A stretch of 64,000 nt of DNA, taken from NCBI GenBank assembly GCA_963674685.2, contig CAXXWT010000005.1:595450-659449 (forward strand), given 5' to 3'. This document shows, one piece after another, positions 28,046 through 37,283 of this stretch. The position numbers were made by a program, and so were the translations under genes. The notes under the pieces were generated by a model. That model was not told the DNA's origin. It did no database searches and worked only from the letters and a program-made list of their open reading frames with translations. How positions within the stretch are numbered: the first letter of the stretch is position 1; every line of letters starts with the position of its first letter. The stretch is from a bacterium (GTDB taxonomy: Bacteria; Lernaellota; Lernaellaia; JACKCT01).

Positions 28046-29065
28046 CTAATGGATTTCGGATTCCCGGAATTTTTGAAAATCCAGTTCCCGTTGCATCACA
28101 TCCAGATCATGGTCGGTCATCATGACGGCCAGATCCCTGAAAGTGACCTTCGGCTCCCAGTCCAGGAGCTTTTTCGCCTTGGCCGTGTCGCCGACAAGCA
28201 AATCCACTTCCGTGGGGCGATAGTAACGGGGATCGATTTCCACGTACTTCTTCCAGTCCAGATCCAGGTGTTCGAAAACCACATCCAGAAACTCCCGCAC
28301 CGAGTGCGTCTCGCCCGTGGCGATGACGAAATCCTCCGGCCGGTCCAGCTGCAGCATCCGGTACATGGCCTCCACGTAATCTCCGGCGTAACCCCAGTCC
28401 CTTTTCGCGTCCAGATTGCCGAGATAGAGCTTGTCTAAAACCCCCAGCTTGATCCTCGCCGCCGCCCGCGTGATCTTGCGCGTGACGAAGGTTTCGCCGC
28501 GCCGGGGGGATTCATGATTGAACAAGATGCCGTTGCAGGCGAAAAGATCGTACGCCTCGCGATAATTCACGGTTTGATGAAAGGAAAACACCTTGGCGCA
28601 GGCGTAAGGGCTGCGGGGATGGAATTTCGTGTTTTCGGTTTGCGGCGTTTCGCAGACCTTGCCGAACATTTCACTGGACGACGCCTGGTAAAATCTGGCC
28701 TTGGGGCAGAATCGCCGGACTCCCTCCAGCAGGCGCAGGGTCCCCAGGGCGTCCACGTTCACCGTGTAGATCGGCTGATCGAAGGACACGCGGACGTGGG
28801 ACTGCGCGCCGAGATTGTAGATTTCATCGGGATTGATTTCCTGCAACAGGGCGCCCAGGTTGCCGCCGTCGGAAAGGTCCGCGTAGTGAAGAAAGAGTCT
28901 GGCGTCTTCATCATGCAAATCGCGATAAAGATGATCGATTCTTTTCGTGTTAAACGAACTGCTTCGACGGATGATTCCATGGATCACGTACCCTTTGTCC
29001 AAAAGAAGCTCCGTCAGATAACTTCCGTCCTGCCCGGTGATGCCGGTGATCAAGGCTTTTTTCAC
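28046..29065 (-). CDS. gmd: GDP-mannose 4,6-dehydratase
   Basis: Motifs are [35 protein letters not shown] and NHESPRRG. Confidence 0.9.
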   Translation of the reverse strand: MKKALITGITGQDGSYLTELLLDKGYVIHGIIRRSSSFNTKRIDHLYRDLHDEDARLFLHYADLSDGGNLGALLQEINPDEIYNLGAQSHVRVSFDQPIYTVNVDALGTLRLLEGVRRFCPKARFYQASSSEMFGKVCETPQTENTKFHPRSPYACAKVFSFHQTVNYREAYDLFACNGILFNHESPRRGETFVTRKITRAAARIKLGVLDKLYLGNLDAKRDWGYAGDYVEAMYRMLQLDRPEDFVIATGETHSVREFLDVVFEHLDLDWKKYVEIDPRYYRPTEVDLLVGDTAKAKKLLDWEPKVTFRDLAVMMTDHDLDVMQRELDFQKFRESEIH

Positions 29066-29331
29066 TGCAATTTCCTCTATTTCCTAATGAGACGCCGACC
29101 GATGACAAACAATGATCTTTTCAAAGTCCCGGCCAAAAGTTTTTATCAAATCCCCATTGTTTCCACAAGCCGCCGGCGGCTTTTAAACCTGCGTCATGAA
29201 ACCGGCTTTTTCGGATTCTCAAGGGAAGTGGAATAAGAGATGCAATAATGAGTGCACAAATCCAATGTTCATCGCAAGATCCCATCAAAACGGCATCAAG
29301 TGACGGGACGATTTCACTAATCGCTATCGCT

Positions 29332-29503
29332 GTCATTCCGAGGGATGTCGAGGAATTACGTGAGTGCCGCCATTGTCATTCCGAGCGAAGTCGAGGAATC
29401 CCTTAAAAGAAGCGTGTGAATAATCTTAACGTGTACAACATGGCAAGGCGTCAGCGCCTCATTGAAGGGATTCCTCCACTCGCTTCGCATCGGTCGGAAT
29501 GAC
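29332..29503. repeat. GTCATTCCGAGCGAAG...GGAATCCC palindromic intergenic repeat (with an extra half copy)
   Basis: There is a half copy at 29332-29357. The left arm gtcattccgagcgaagtcgaggaatccctt (29375-29404) faces the right arm aagggattcctccactcgcttcgcatcggtcggaatgac (29465-29503). The same family occurs at 51886-51992. Confidence 0.8.
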
Positions 29504-29537
29504 ATTTTCGCACAACTCGATCTTATCGACAGTCTCT

Positions 29538-30566
29538 TCAGCGGGAATAATAGCAAAACCCCCTGTTGCAATCGAAACCGTTTCTCTTTTCGAAAAGTTT
29601 CATGCAGGCTTTTTCATAACCGGCTTCGCCGGGATCGTTTTCCAAGAAATCCAGCGCGGCTTTGACGGTGAGAAAGTCCCGCCTTTTTTCCGAAAGGGTT
29701 TTTTCTCTTCCCACGATTTTCACGGCCTTAAGACCGGATTTTTTAAAATTGCGTAAAAAGCACAATCCGCATTTATGCTTGAAGCGCTCCAGGGAATAAA
29801 AAGAAAGCGCCGCTTTTTCCAACCCGGCGCGGCGTTTGCCCGTCGCGTCGCGGACCTCAATTTCTCCCGGCCGCAGGGCGCAGGGGTTGTCATCGGGACC
29901 AAAGGCGTAGGCCGCCCGGCGAAGGGCTCTCGGACCTCGATCCAACACCGTCGAAGTCAGCTTATGGCGCATCGCCGCAAACGCCGAATCTTCCTTGACG
30001 TCCTCGACGACGCGATGTTCGTACATGCAAAAACCGTCTTCGAAAAAACATCCCGAATTCAGCGCAAAGGCCTCCATCTCCACATGGGGACTCCACTCGG
30101 AAACGATCTCGTTGAGTTCTTTTTCATTCAAATGCGTGCCCAGAATCACACGTTCGCACCCGGCCTCGTGATAAAACTTCACCGCGCGGCCGTTGAGCGC
30201 GTGCCCCAGGACGCTGGCCGCCAGGGGAATGTCGCCGAAGCGTTTTTTTAAAAAAGCCATGAGCGAGGCGTCGCCGATGATCAGCCCGAAACGGCCCATC
30301 TCCCGGACTTTTTCCAGTTGATCGAAAAGCAAAGGCAGAACATCCGGCGCGTAATACATGTTGAGCGTGAAGAAGATCCGGCATCCGACGCTTTGCGCCG
30401 TTTTCAATAGTTCGGCGGTCGCTTCACCGCCGGACAGATGGGAATCCCGGCGGCTGATCACAGTGGAAGGATCGACGGGAGGCAGGCCGCAATAAAACTC
30501 CCGGGCTCCCAGGGCGCATAGCGGCCGGATGTCTTCAGGAGAGTTTATGGGAACCATTATTTCCAT
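29538..30566 (-). CDS. peptidase U32 family protein (UbiU/UbiV-, RlhA-, TrhP-type)
   Basis: MEIMVPINSPEDIRPLCALGAREFYCG... has U32 TIM-barrel-like N-terminal motifs. Cys clusters follow (NSGCFFEDGFCMYEH, HKCGLCF). The tracked ORF was trimmed to the ATG at 30566, and the CDS overlaps the upstream gene by 10 nt. Confidence 0.7.
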   Translation of the reverse strand: MEIMVPINSPEDIRPLCALGAREFYCGLPPVDPSTVISRRDSHLSGGEATAELLKTAQSVGCRIFFTLNMYYAPDVLPLLFDQLEKVREMGRFGLIIGDASLMAFLKKRFGDIPLAASVLGHALNGRAVKFYHEAGCERVILGTHLNEKELNEIVSEWSPHVEMEAFALNSGCFFEDGFCMYEHRVVEDVKEDSAFAAMRHKLTSTVLDRGPRALRRAAYAFGPDDNPCALRPGEIEVRDATGKRRAGLEKAALSFYSLERFKHKCGLCFLRNFKKSGLKAVKIVGREKTLSEKRRDFLTVKAALDFLENDPGEAGYEKACMKLFEKRNGFDCNRGFCYYSR

Positions 30567-31369
30567 GGCGCGCTTCCGGCATCGAGAAGAATTTGGTCGA
30601 TCCCCTTTTGACCGATATCGCCGGGGATTTCGGTGCTTCGATAAACAAGGGCGTTCGCCTGAAACCGCATGGCGAGGGGAAATCCCCGCTTTTTGATGCG
30701 GATGTCGTTTTGGCGGCACCACCTGGCGCACGGCCTGACTCCCAGGGCGCTTTGGCCATTGGGATCGGCGGCGAGATTCGCGTGCGGGCATGACCGGGTC
30801 CATGTCAAAACCACGTACGGCCAGCGCAACGTTCCGGGCAAAGGGGATTTTTCGGCTCTATCGCCGAGCCGGCGGGATTCCCACTCAATCCGGGCAAAAC
30901 CCGCCTCGGCGATATAGTCGGCGAAAATTTGAGATTCCACGTGAGACGAAGCGGGCGGATATCTTGGATCGCGGCGCTGCTTGTTTAACAGGCGGCCGAA
31001 GATTTCCGGGAAAGGATAGTGCCCGTCGCGCAGAAGTTGGTGGACGCCCCAGTCGTTGACGCCGATTGCCATCCCCGGATTGACCCGCGCCAGTTTGTCC
31101 AGGAGTTTTTCGACATGGCGCAATCCTTCATCGGCGACTGGGGGCGTCAAAAAAGTCGTTACGGGCTTGCGCGTCTTTTCCAAAATCTCTTCCAAAGCGT
31201 TCCACTTCGGCAGAAGCCTTTCGCAAAACTCCTCGCCCACCGCGAGAAAATCGACGCGCTCCGGGAGATTTTCCAAATCTCCGGTGCGTTGAACATGCAT
31301 CCCGATGGATGTGTTTTCGGGAAATTCCAAAGGCCATTCGATGGGCATCGGGGACTCGGCCGGGCTCAT
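30557..31369 (-). CDS. second, divergent U32-like protein (putative partner subunit)
   Basis: 270 aa, with VNDWGVHQLL and GRLLNKQRRDP resembling the U32 barrel. The Cys cluster is TRSCPH...VRPCARWC. It is translationally coupled on both sides. The assignment is weaker than for 29538-30566. Confidence 0.5.
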   Translation of the reverse strand: MSPAESPMPIEWPLEFPENTSIGMHVQRTGDLENLPERVDFLAVGEEFCERLLPKWNALEEILEKTRKPVTTFLTPPVADEGLRHVEKLLDKLARVNPGMAIGVNDWGVHQLLRDGHYPFPEIFGRLLNKQRRDPRYPPASSHVESQIFADYIAEAGFARIEWESRRLGDRAEKSPLPGTLRWPYVVLTWTRSCPHANLAADPNGQSALGVRPCARWCRQNDIRIKKRGFPLAMRFQANALVYRSTEIPGDIGQKGIDQILLDAGSAPWK

Positions 31370-31686
31370 GAAGTGCGCTGCCGGTGAAGCATCCGCTCTT
31401 CGAATTTCATATTGCTGTCGATAAGATCGCGGAAAAACTTCTCGATGAATTCCGTGTCCAGATTTTCTTTTTTCGCCCAGGCAACGCGCGTTTCAACGAT
31501 TTCCTGAACGCGGTCGGCGACCCAAAGATCGATTTCGGAATTGATTTTGAGCTGCGCAATCTGTTTGGCGATATCACGCCTTTCGGCAAGAATGCGAATC
31601 ATGGCGCGATCATGCGCGTCGATCCGCGACCGTAATTCGGCGATCTTGGCGTCCATGCTCTTTTGTGATGTGGAGTCCTTTTTCAT
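31366..31686 (-). CDS. chorismate mutase (AroQ, type II)
   Basis: Motifs are LRSRIDAHDRAMIRILAERRDIAKQIAQLK and FIEKFFRDLIDSNMKFEE. Trimmed to the ATG at 31686. The stop overlaps the start of the U32-like gene (ATGA). Confidence 0.75.
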   Translation of the reverse strand: MKKDSTSQKSMDAKIAELRSRIDAHDRAMIRILAERRDIAKQIAQLKINSEIDLWVADRVQEIVETRVAWAKKENLDTEFIEKFFRDLIDSNMKFEERMLHRQRTS

Positions 31687-31801
31687 GGTCGGCGCCTTTT
31701 GTCGTTTCAAGCAAGCGAAACCCGGATAAAGACAAGCATAATAAGGGTGACCAAGAAAACGCAATCAGTCAATGTCGGCGCTTTACGCTTCGCCTGATTT
31801 A

Positions 31802-32638
31802 TCAACAGGCCGGTTTTATATAGCGGCCGTGCACCCAGCCTTCCACATCCGCATCGCCGCTTATCGGCTCCAGAACCAGAACGCGCCGCCAGTCGCCGTC
31901 GTCATCCAAGACTTCCAGCCGCGTGTTTTTCGGCAGCGGGCCGCACGAAAGTTTGTCATACCGCGTTCCCGCACCCGCCCGAATGTTCAGGACGGTTGAC
32001 GTGATAAAGATTTCCGGAACTTCACTCGGATCGTCACGGCCCATGATCTGTGAGCGAAAACTGATCATGGGAAAAGCGGGGCCCGGGTCCACCTTCCTGT
32101 CCGGGGCGATATCATCATGCCCCAGCACGTCGCGGAAATTGTATTTCACATGCAGGGCTTCGGCCGCGCGCGCGGCGGCCTCGATCTGCTCGGGTGTATA
32201 GGCATGCCAGCCGCTTGCCGCGGATTCGTTTTTGTGAACCGCCTCGACGACCTGATCATCAGGATACTCGGCGCCGAACCATGACGCCCAGCGCCCGCCG
32301 CGTCGCATCAGTCTGCCCGCGTTGTCGAGTTCTATTCCGATGCTGTGCAAATTGAGTTTTTCCAGACCGCGCCAGCGGCTCTTGCCGGCGTGCCAGGCGG
32401 CGCGATTGAAGGAAACAAGTTGTGTGATTTCACCGTTTCGGGCGACAACCAGATGCGCGGAGGCGTTGCCGGAAGGCTTTTTCGTGCTCAGGGTTTTTAT
32501 CGCCGACTCGGCGTCGGCGCCCGCCGTGTAATGCATGATCAGATAAACCGGCTTGATGACCCCTCCCCTGTTGGGACTTTGAACGTACGCAACCGCGCAG
32601 CCGTCATCTTGCACCAGCCGATGACTGACAATTTTCAT
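31802..32638 (-). CDS. N-acetylmuramoyl-L-alanine amidase (Amidase_2/AmpD-PGRP type) with a C-terminal SH3b-like domain
   Basis: Amidase motifs are IMHYTAG, AHLVVARNGEITQLV, AWHAGKS, IGIELDN and HDDIAPDRKVDPG. The C-terminus reads LNIRAGAGTRY...VLDDDGDWRRV. Confidence 0.8.
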   Translation of the reverse strand: MKIVSHRLVQDDGCAVAYVQSPNRGGVIKPVYLIMHYTAGADAESAIKTLSTKKPSGNASAHLVVARNGEITQLVSFNRAAWHAGKSRWRGLEKLNLHSIGIELDNAGRLMRRGGRWASWFGAEYPDDQVVEAVHKNESAASGWHAYTPEQIEAAARAAEALHVKYNFRDVLGHDDIAPDRKVDPGPAFPMISFRSQIMGRDDPSEVPEIFITSTVLNIRAGAGTRYDKLSCGPLPKNTRLEVLDDDGDWRRVLVLEPISGDADVEGWVHGRYIKPAC

Positions 32639-32703
32639 GAGCTTTCTCCAATCAATCGACTCCCGGAAAACCGGGAGCCGTAAAACGACCTTTTTATTGA
32701 TGA

Positions 32704-33579
32704 CTAGAGCTTTACCGTCCGATGACTGACATTTCCGTCGTCGCCGATTTCGACCAGACGGGCCAGATAGCCTTTGTGCAGGAGTTTTTGCGTGGGCTTG
32801 CCGGCCTTATTGAGTTTGTATTCTTTGCATATGGTCGTGGCTTGACCGCCGGAAAAGATATACGGGATTCGATAATTTTTGGCGATATCGGTCTTTGAAA
32901 AATCCATATGCCGATGTTCATGGCCGAAAAAGAGCATATCGACGCGGCCCGCCAGCGTGTGCATCAAAGCTTCGCCGTCCTTCAACCAGTGGCATTGTTT
33001 TTCATAGAGCTTCTGGATCCATTTGGCATCGGGATAAATGAAAGGATGATGATGAAGGTGCACGATAACTTTCATATTCTTTCTTTTTTCAGGATCCATG
33101 TTGTCCGTTTTATCCAAAACGCCCGAGAGGTTGTGAATCTGCTTCGAACCTAGTTCTCCGTCGGCCAGCAAACCGTCCCAGAAATCGCATTCCGCTTTCA
33201 TGGAATTCAGGCCGATGAACATGTTGCCGAAATCGTCATGCTTAACATACGGATAGCTGACGTTTTCAAATCCGTAAAACGCGTTTTTAAAGTACTTGAG
33301 CCGTTTTCTCTCGGCGTGATTCCCATTCCAGCCGTAATCGTGATTGCCGGGCGCCGGCCAGAATGTAAACAAGGGATTTTCGGTCAATGGTTTTAGAATT
33401 TCTCCTGCTTGCCCGAATTGCTTTTTCTGGCCGTCGTCCACGATATCGCCCGTGGCCAGAATGATTAACTTACGGTCGCCGAATTTCTTCATGATCTTTT
33501 TAACGATCTTTTCCAGACGATCCGCGGCTCCCGGTTGTCCCACGTGCAGATCACTCAGATGCAGTATTGCGCTTCCCAT
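32704..33579 (-). CDS. calcineurin-like metallophosphoesterase
   Basis: Motifs are HLSDLHVG, ATGDIVDDG, GNHDY, VHLHHHP and GHEH. Confidence 0.75.
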   Translation of the reverse strand: MGSAILHLSDLHVGQPGAADRLEKIVKKIMKKFGDRKLIILATGDIVDDGQKKQFGQAGEILKPLTENPLFTFWPAPGNHDYGWNGNHAERKRLKYFKNAFYGFENVSYPYVKHDDFGNMFIGLNSMKAECDFWDGLLADGELGSKQIHNLSGVLDKTDNMDPEKRKNMKVIVHLHHHPFIYPDAKWIQKLYEKQCHWLKDGEALMHTLAGRVDMLFFGHEHRHMDFSKTDIAKNYRIPYIFSGGQATTICKEYKLNKAGKPTQKLLHKGYLARLVEIGDDGNVSHRTVKL

Positions 33580-33773
33580 GACATGACTCCTTTCGGCGGC
33601 GGACAGGCGCCCCCATGCCGTTGATGAAACATGTAAAGCTGAAAAGTCGCCTCAAGCTTTAACATGACACAATGAATTTGAATTGATGATATTGATAACA
33701 GAAAGTTAAGTCAACTTGATCGCGGAGCTTCCGCCGTTTAACTCAATTTGTCGGTATTTTCCGTGAGCGTCCC

Positions 33774-34370
33774 TCAAAGGGATTTGCCCGCCACGACGGC
33801 TTTGTTGAGAAAAGTTTTCGGCCGCGCAACAATCTCCAGCCCGGCCTGCCGGATATCATCCATCATTTTTGCAAACGCCTTTTTCGAGACATGAAAAGGA
33901 GGTTCCACAATGAGAATGCGCCCGCCGGGTAAAAGCATCGACTCCAGTTCGCCGAAAAACGCCGGGGAGTTCGGCACTTCGTGAACCATCCACATCAACA
34001 ATACGAAATCGACTTTTTCATCGGCGCCGATGCGATCCGCTTCGCACCGGTGAAGCGTGATGCGACTTTCAAACGGCGTGTCTTTTATTTTGTCCCTGAC
34101 TTTATCCAGCATGCCTTCCTGCAGATCACAGGCGATCACGCGGCCGCTTTCGCCGACCATCTCGGCCATGTCGATGGTAAAAAAACCCGGACCGCAACCC
34201 ACATCCATGACGCGCATGCCTTCTTTGACGTACGGCGCCAGAATCTTCTTCGGATTCTGAAACCATCGGCGCCATTTCGTGTCGAGGCTGTCAGCCCTGG
34301 AAACCGGGCATACATGATGAGCTTTATTTTCACTTTTTGGATCGGGTGAATTCTTTGCGCCCGCGTTCAT
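33774..34370 (-). CDS. class I SAM-dependent methyltransferase
   Basis: Motif I reads VMDVGCGPGFF, followed by an acidic post-I residue (ACDLQ) and the motif LIVEP. Confidence 0.8.
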   Translation of the reverse strand: MNAGAKNSPDPKSENKAHHVCPVSRADSLDTKWRRWFQNPKKILAPYVKEGMRVMDVGCGPGFFTIDMAEMVGESGRVIACDLQEGMLDKVRDKIKDTPFESRITLHRCEADRIGADEKVDFVLLMWMVHEVPNSPAFFGELESMLLPGGRILIVEPPFHVSKKAFAKMMDDIRQAGLEIVARPKTFLNKAVVAGKSL

Positions 34371-34467
34371 TGCCTTTTCCTTTCTCGAATGCGTTTAGCG
34401 CCTAGACTTTTAAATGAAAAAAAGGTTTTTCGAAAATTAGTGAATCGATCTGCTGTTCCTCTAGTCG

Positions 34468-34797
34468 CTATCCGCAGCAGACGCAGTAGCTGACCTCGCA
34501 GACTTCCGAGTAATAGACTTCCTGGCTGGAGCAGTATATGTCGCACTCGGCATAGCTGTAATCCAGACCTCCGCCGGACAGGGCGTTCAGGCCGTAACCC
34601 TCGCAGTAGTCCTGCGCCAGATCATGCTCGTCGTCGTAGCAGTCGTTCGTCTGGTCGTCATCATCGGCATCATCGTCCGCATCGTTATCGTCGTCGTCAT
34701 CGTCATCGTCGTCATCGTCGTCATCGCCGCAGGCAAAAACGAAGCAAAAAGACAATGTCAGCATGAATATCAGGGTCAACCAGACCGTGTTTCTCAT
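34468..34797 (-). CDS. small lipoprotein with a poly-Asp linker and a Cys-rich C-terminal domain
   Basis: The signal peptide has lipobox VFAC. About 25 nearly pure D/N/A residues follow, then a ~60-aa domain with 8 further Cys that ends SYCVCCG. Confidence 0.55.
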   Translation of the reverse strand: MRNTVWLTLIFMLTLSFCFVFACGDDDDDDDDDDDDDNDADDDADDDDQTNDCYDDEHDLAQDYCEGYGLNALSGGGLDYSYAECDIYCSSQEVYYSEVCEVSYCVCCG

Positions 34798-34817
34798 TTT
34801 TTTTTCTCCTTTATGAC

Positions 34818-35801
34818 TTATGACTCGCGGTGAAAAAACCGCGCCAGATAACCCGCCGCCGCGGAAGGAATAACCACGGCGTCGCCGGCCAGCGTAGCCA
34901 ATACGGCCAGAACCGTAAAGCGGGGACCTTCTTCATTGTGGCATAGCGTATAAAAACGGCGGCGCAGAAAAACATGAATTCCCTGCATTCCGAACGATAC
35001 GATGTTCAGCCAGGCGTTGCCCAAAGCCAGCGCCAAAAAAAACATGGGGATGCTCATGACGCCGCAAAAAGCCGCCAGCCCCTCCCTCGGCGTGGTGGCC
35101 GCCGTGTCGAACGAGCGCGGGCGTTTCAGCTTCGCCCACTGGTAGGAGCGTTTGGCGTAATTTTCGAGATTTTTTCCAAAAGTCGGAAAGTGGTGCTTGA
35201 CGACCATCGCGTGATCGACCTCGATCCCGCGCGCGCCGTCGAGCCGGTAACCGAATTCGTAATCCTCCACGTCGGCGCCCTCGAAACTCTCGTCGAATCC
35301 GCCCGAGGCCAGAAAAGCTTCGCGCCGAACCGCCGCGCACGCGGTTTCCAGGCTGCCGAAACGCTCGACGCCCGTGAACCAATCATGACAACGCAGCGCT
35401 TTGTATCGGGGAAAAAATCCGTCGACGGCCGGTTCCTTGTCGTAGACGCCGGAAAGAGCGACGAGATTTTCGTCGTCGCAAAAACGCTTTCGTACATGCG
35501 CCGCCAACCCGCTGCGGACAATGACGTCGGCGTCCAGGAATAAAAGCACTTCGCCGCGGGCCGCCCGGGCGCCTTTGTTGCGCGCCGCCGCGGGACCTTT
35601 GCCGGGAGCGTTGGAAAGCACGTGAAAACCGGCCGCGGCCAGCACATCCGCCCCGCCGTCCGCGGACCCGTCGTTAACGGCGATCAACTCGATGCGCTCT
35701 TCGGAGATCTCCGCCGCCGAAAGAGCCTCGACGAGCCTGGGCAACGTCGACACCGAATTATGAAAGGGAATGACGATGCTGATGAAAGGATCGTTGGGCA
35801 A
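34818..35801 (-). CDS. family 2 glycosyltransferase
   Basis: Motifs are ISIVIPFHNS, IAVNDGSADG, FLDADV and a C-terminal TM segment. Its start lies 4 nt from the upstream gene's stop. Confidence 0.8.
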   Translation of the reverse strand: MPNDPFISIVIPFHNSVSTLPRLVEALSAAEISEERIELIAVNDGSADGGADVLAAAGFHVLSNAPGKGPAAARNKGARAARGEVLLFLDADVIVRSGLAAHVRKRFCDDENLVALSGVYDKEPAVDGFFPRYKALRCHDWFTGVERFGSLETACAAVRREAFLASGGFDESFEGADVEDYEFGYRLDGARGIEVDHAMVVKHHFPTFGKNLENYAKRSYQWAKLKRPRSFDTAATTPREGLAAFCGVMSIPMFFLALALGNAWLNIVSFGMQGIHVFLRRRFYTLCHNEEGPRFTVLAVLATLAGDAVVIPSAAAGYLARFFHRES

Positions 35802-35804
35802 AAC

Positions 35805-37175
35805 TCAATCCGCGCCGGAATGGAAGTAAAAACCGACGGCCTGGCCTTCGCCGCCCGCCCCGCAATCGTCCTCGACGCTGAAACTCAAATCGATTTGCCC
35901 CTCATATGCGTCGGGCAATGTGATTTCCTCGGTGAAAGTCTCGCAGGACGCGTTGGGAAAATCAAATTGAATGGCGCGGCTCTCGCCGCCGTGACGGCAA
36001 AAGGCGATTCCGTGAGCCAGATTGCAGTCCGCGTCGCTTATCGTCAGGCGCACTTTGACCTCGGAATCTTCCGGTACGTCGACCGGCGCTTCCTGCGCGA
36101 TATCGTCGACGAGAATCTCGATGCCCGAAACGGCCGGGGCGGCGTTCGCATCGGCGCAATACGGCTCGCGCATCCAGTCGTGCCCGGTGATGGGCGAATC
36201 GGAATTTTCGATCACCGGCGTCGGGATATTGACGTTCAAATCCTGAACGCTCAGATTGCCGTCGTCCAAATCCCCTTCGACAAATAGAAGGAAATCATCA
36301 CCCGGTGAAAAGCGGGGCATCGTGGATTCGGTATAAACAACCTGCCGGTTGGCAACTTCCTCGTCCAGATCCCATATGTAAATCCTCGAGTCGCTATCAT
36401 AGGCCAGCATCCGGCTGTCGCCCGACCAGATGGGAAACCGCGCTCCGCCGATCCAGGTCAATTCCAGATTCTTTTCGATCTCGTAAACATATGTCCGTAT
36501 TCCCTTCCCGCCGTTTTCCCAAACCACCATCGGCGCCGCCACCAAAAGACCGTCGGGGGAAAATGCGGGCATGAGTCCTGGATCATCGCCGGCGGTCTCA
36601 AATTGCCCCGCAAAAGAAAGATAGATATGCCTGGCTTCGCCGGATTGCGTGTTGCGTATAAAAAGGCCCTCTTGCGTGGAGTAGGCGATCTGATTCATGG
36701 CCGCATCATAACTGCCCCGCGTCGCGGATTTGGCAATGAGTTCCGATCCGGCGGAGCTGACGGCGCATTGGCGCAAGTCGCCTTCTTTGGAATAAATGAT
36801 CCGCCGTCCGTTAGGCGAAAGAAACGCCGAAGCCGTCGCCTCGGTTTGAGTCCGCGACCCGTCCCGCATGACAAAGGACGTCGTCTCATCATCGAGCGTC
36901 AATAAAAATGAGTCCGCTCCCGCGGCGATATCAAGGCCGATGAAATCGGCTTCAAAAAGAGTCGATATCTTCCCCGCGGCCAAATCCGACAGATGAACTC
37001 CCGGCAGGTCATTATAAATACCGCCCCAGATAACGACCTCGTCGATAACGTACTCGTCGTCCTGCTCTTGCGCCGGGCCGTCATCGGTTTCAGTATTCAG
37101 GGATTTTAAGCTGCATGCGCTGATGAGGCAAAAAACGATTATTGCATAAAATCCAATGATGATCCGCCGACGCAT
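35805..37175 (-). CDS. lipoprotein with a TolB-like PD40/WD40-like beta-propeller and a C-terminal Ig-like region
   Basis: Lipobox ISAC. PD40-type motifs recur (LSPNGRRIIYS, FSPDGLLVA, WSGDSRMLAY, RFSPGDDFLLF). Confidence 0.65.
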   Translation of the reverse strand: MRRRIIIGFYAIIVFCLISACSLKSLNTETDDGPAQEQDDEYVIDEVVIWGGIYNDLPGVHLSDLAAGKISTLFEADFIGLDIAAGADSFLLTLDDETTSFVMRDGSRTQTEATASAFLSPNGRRIIYSKEGDLRQCAVSSAGSELIAKSATRGSYDAAMNQIAYSTQEGLFIRNTQSGEARHIYLSFAGQFETAGDDPGLMPAFSPDGLLVAAPMVVWENGGKGIRTYVYEIEKNLELTWIGGARFPIWSGDSRMLAYDSDSRIYIWDLDEEVANRQVVYTESTMPRFSPGDDFLLFVEGDLDDGNLSVQDLNVNIPTPVIENSDSPITGHDWMREPYCADANAAPAVSGIEILVDDIAQEAPVDVPEDSEVKVRLTISDADCNLAHGIAFCRHGGESRAIQFDFPNASCETFTEEITLPDAYEGQIDLSFSVEDDCGAGGEGQAVGFYFHSGAD

Positions 37176-37283
37176 TCAAACTCCATGGGCTCACGGTGCG
37201 TTATTATTTACACGCCGCGGAATCGGCGCGTCAAGAACGTTTCAGAAGCATTCATAAATACCGGGCCGATGATTGTCTGAGGG

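Noticed and set aside
29538-30803. N-terminally extended versions of tracked ORFs: U32 to 30803, hisF to 45240, receiver from 13495, AP paralogue C from 54158, paralogue D from 56116, rfbA to 27780 and chorismate mutase to 31764.
   Set aside because: The extensions overlap upstream genes and are Arg/Pro-rich. Canonical family N-termini begin at internal ATGs that give short ATGA-type overlaps or good RBS spacing.
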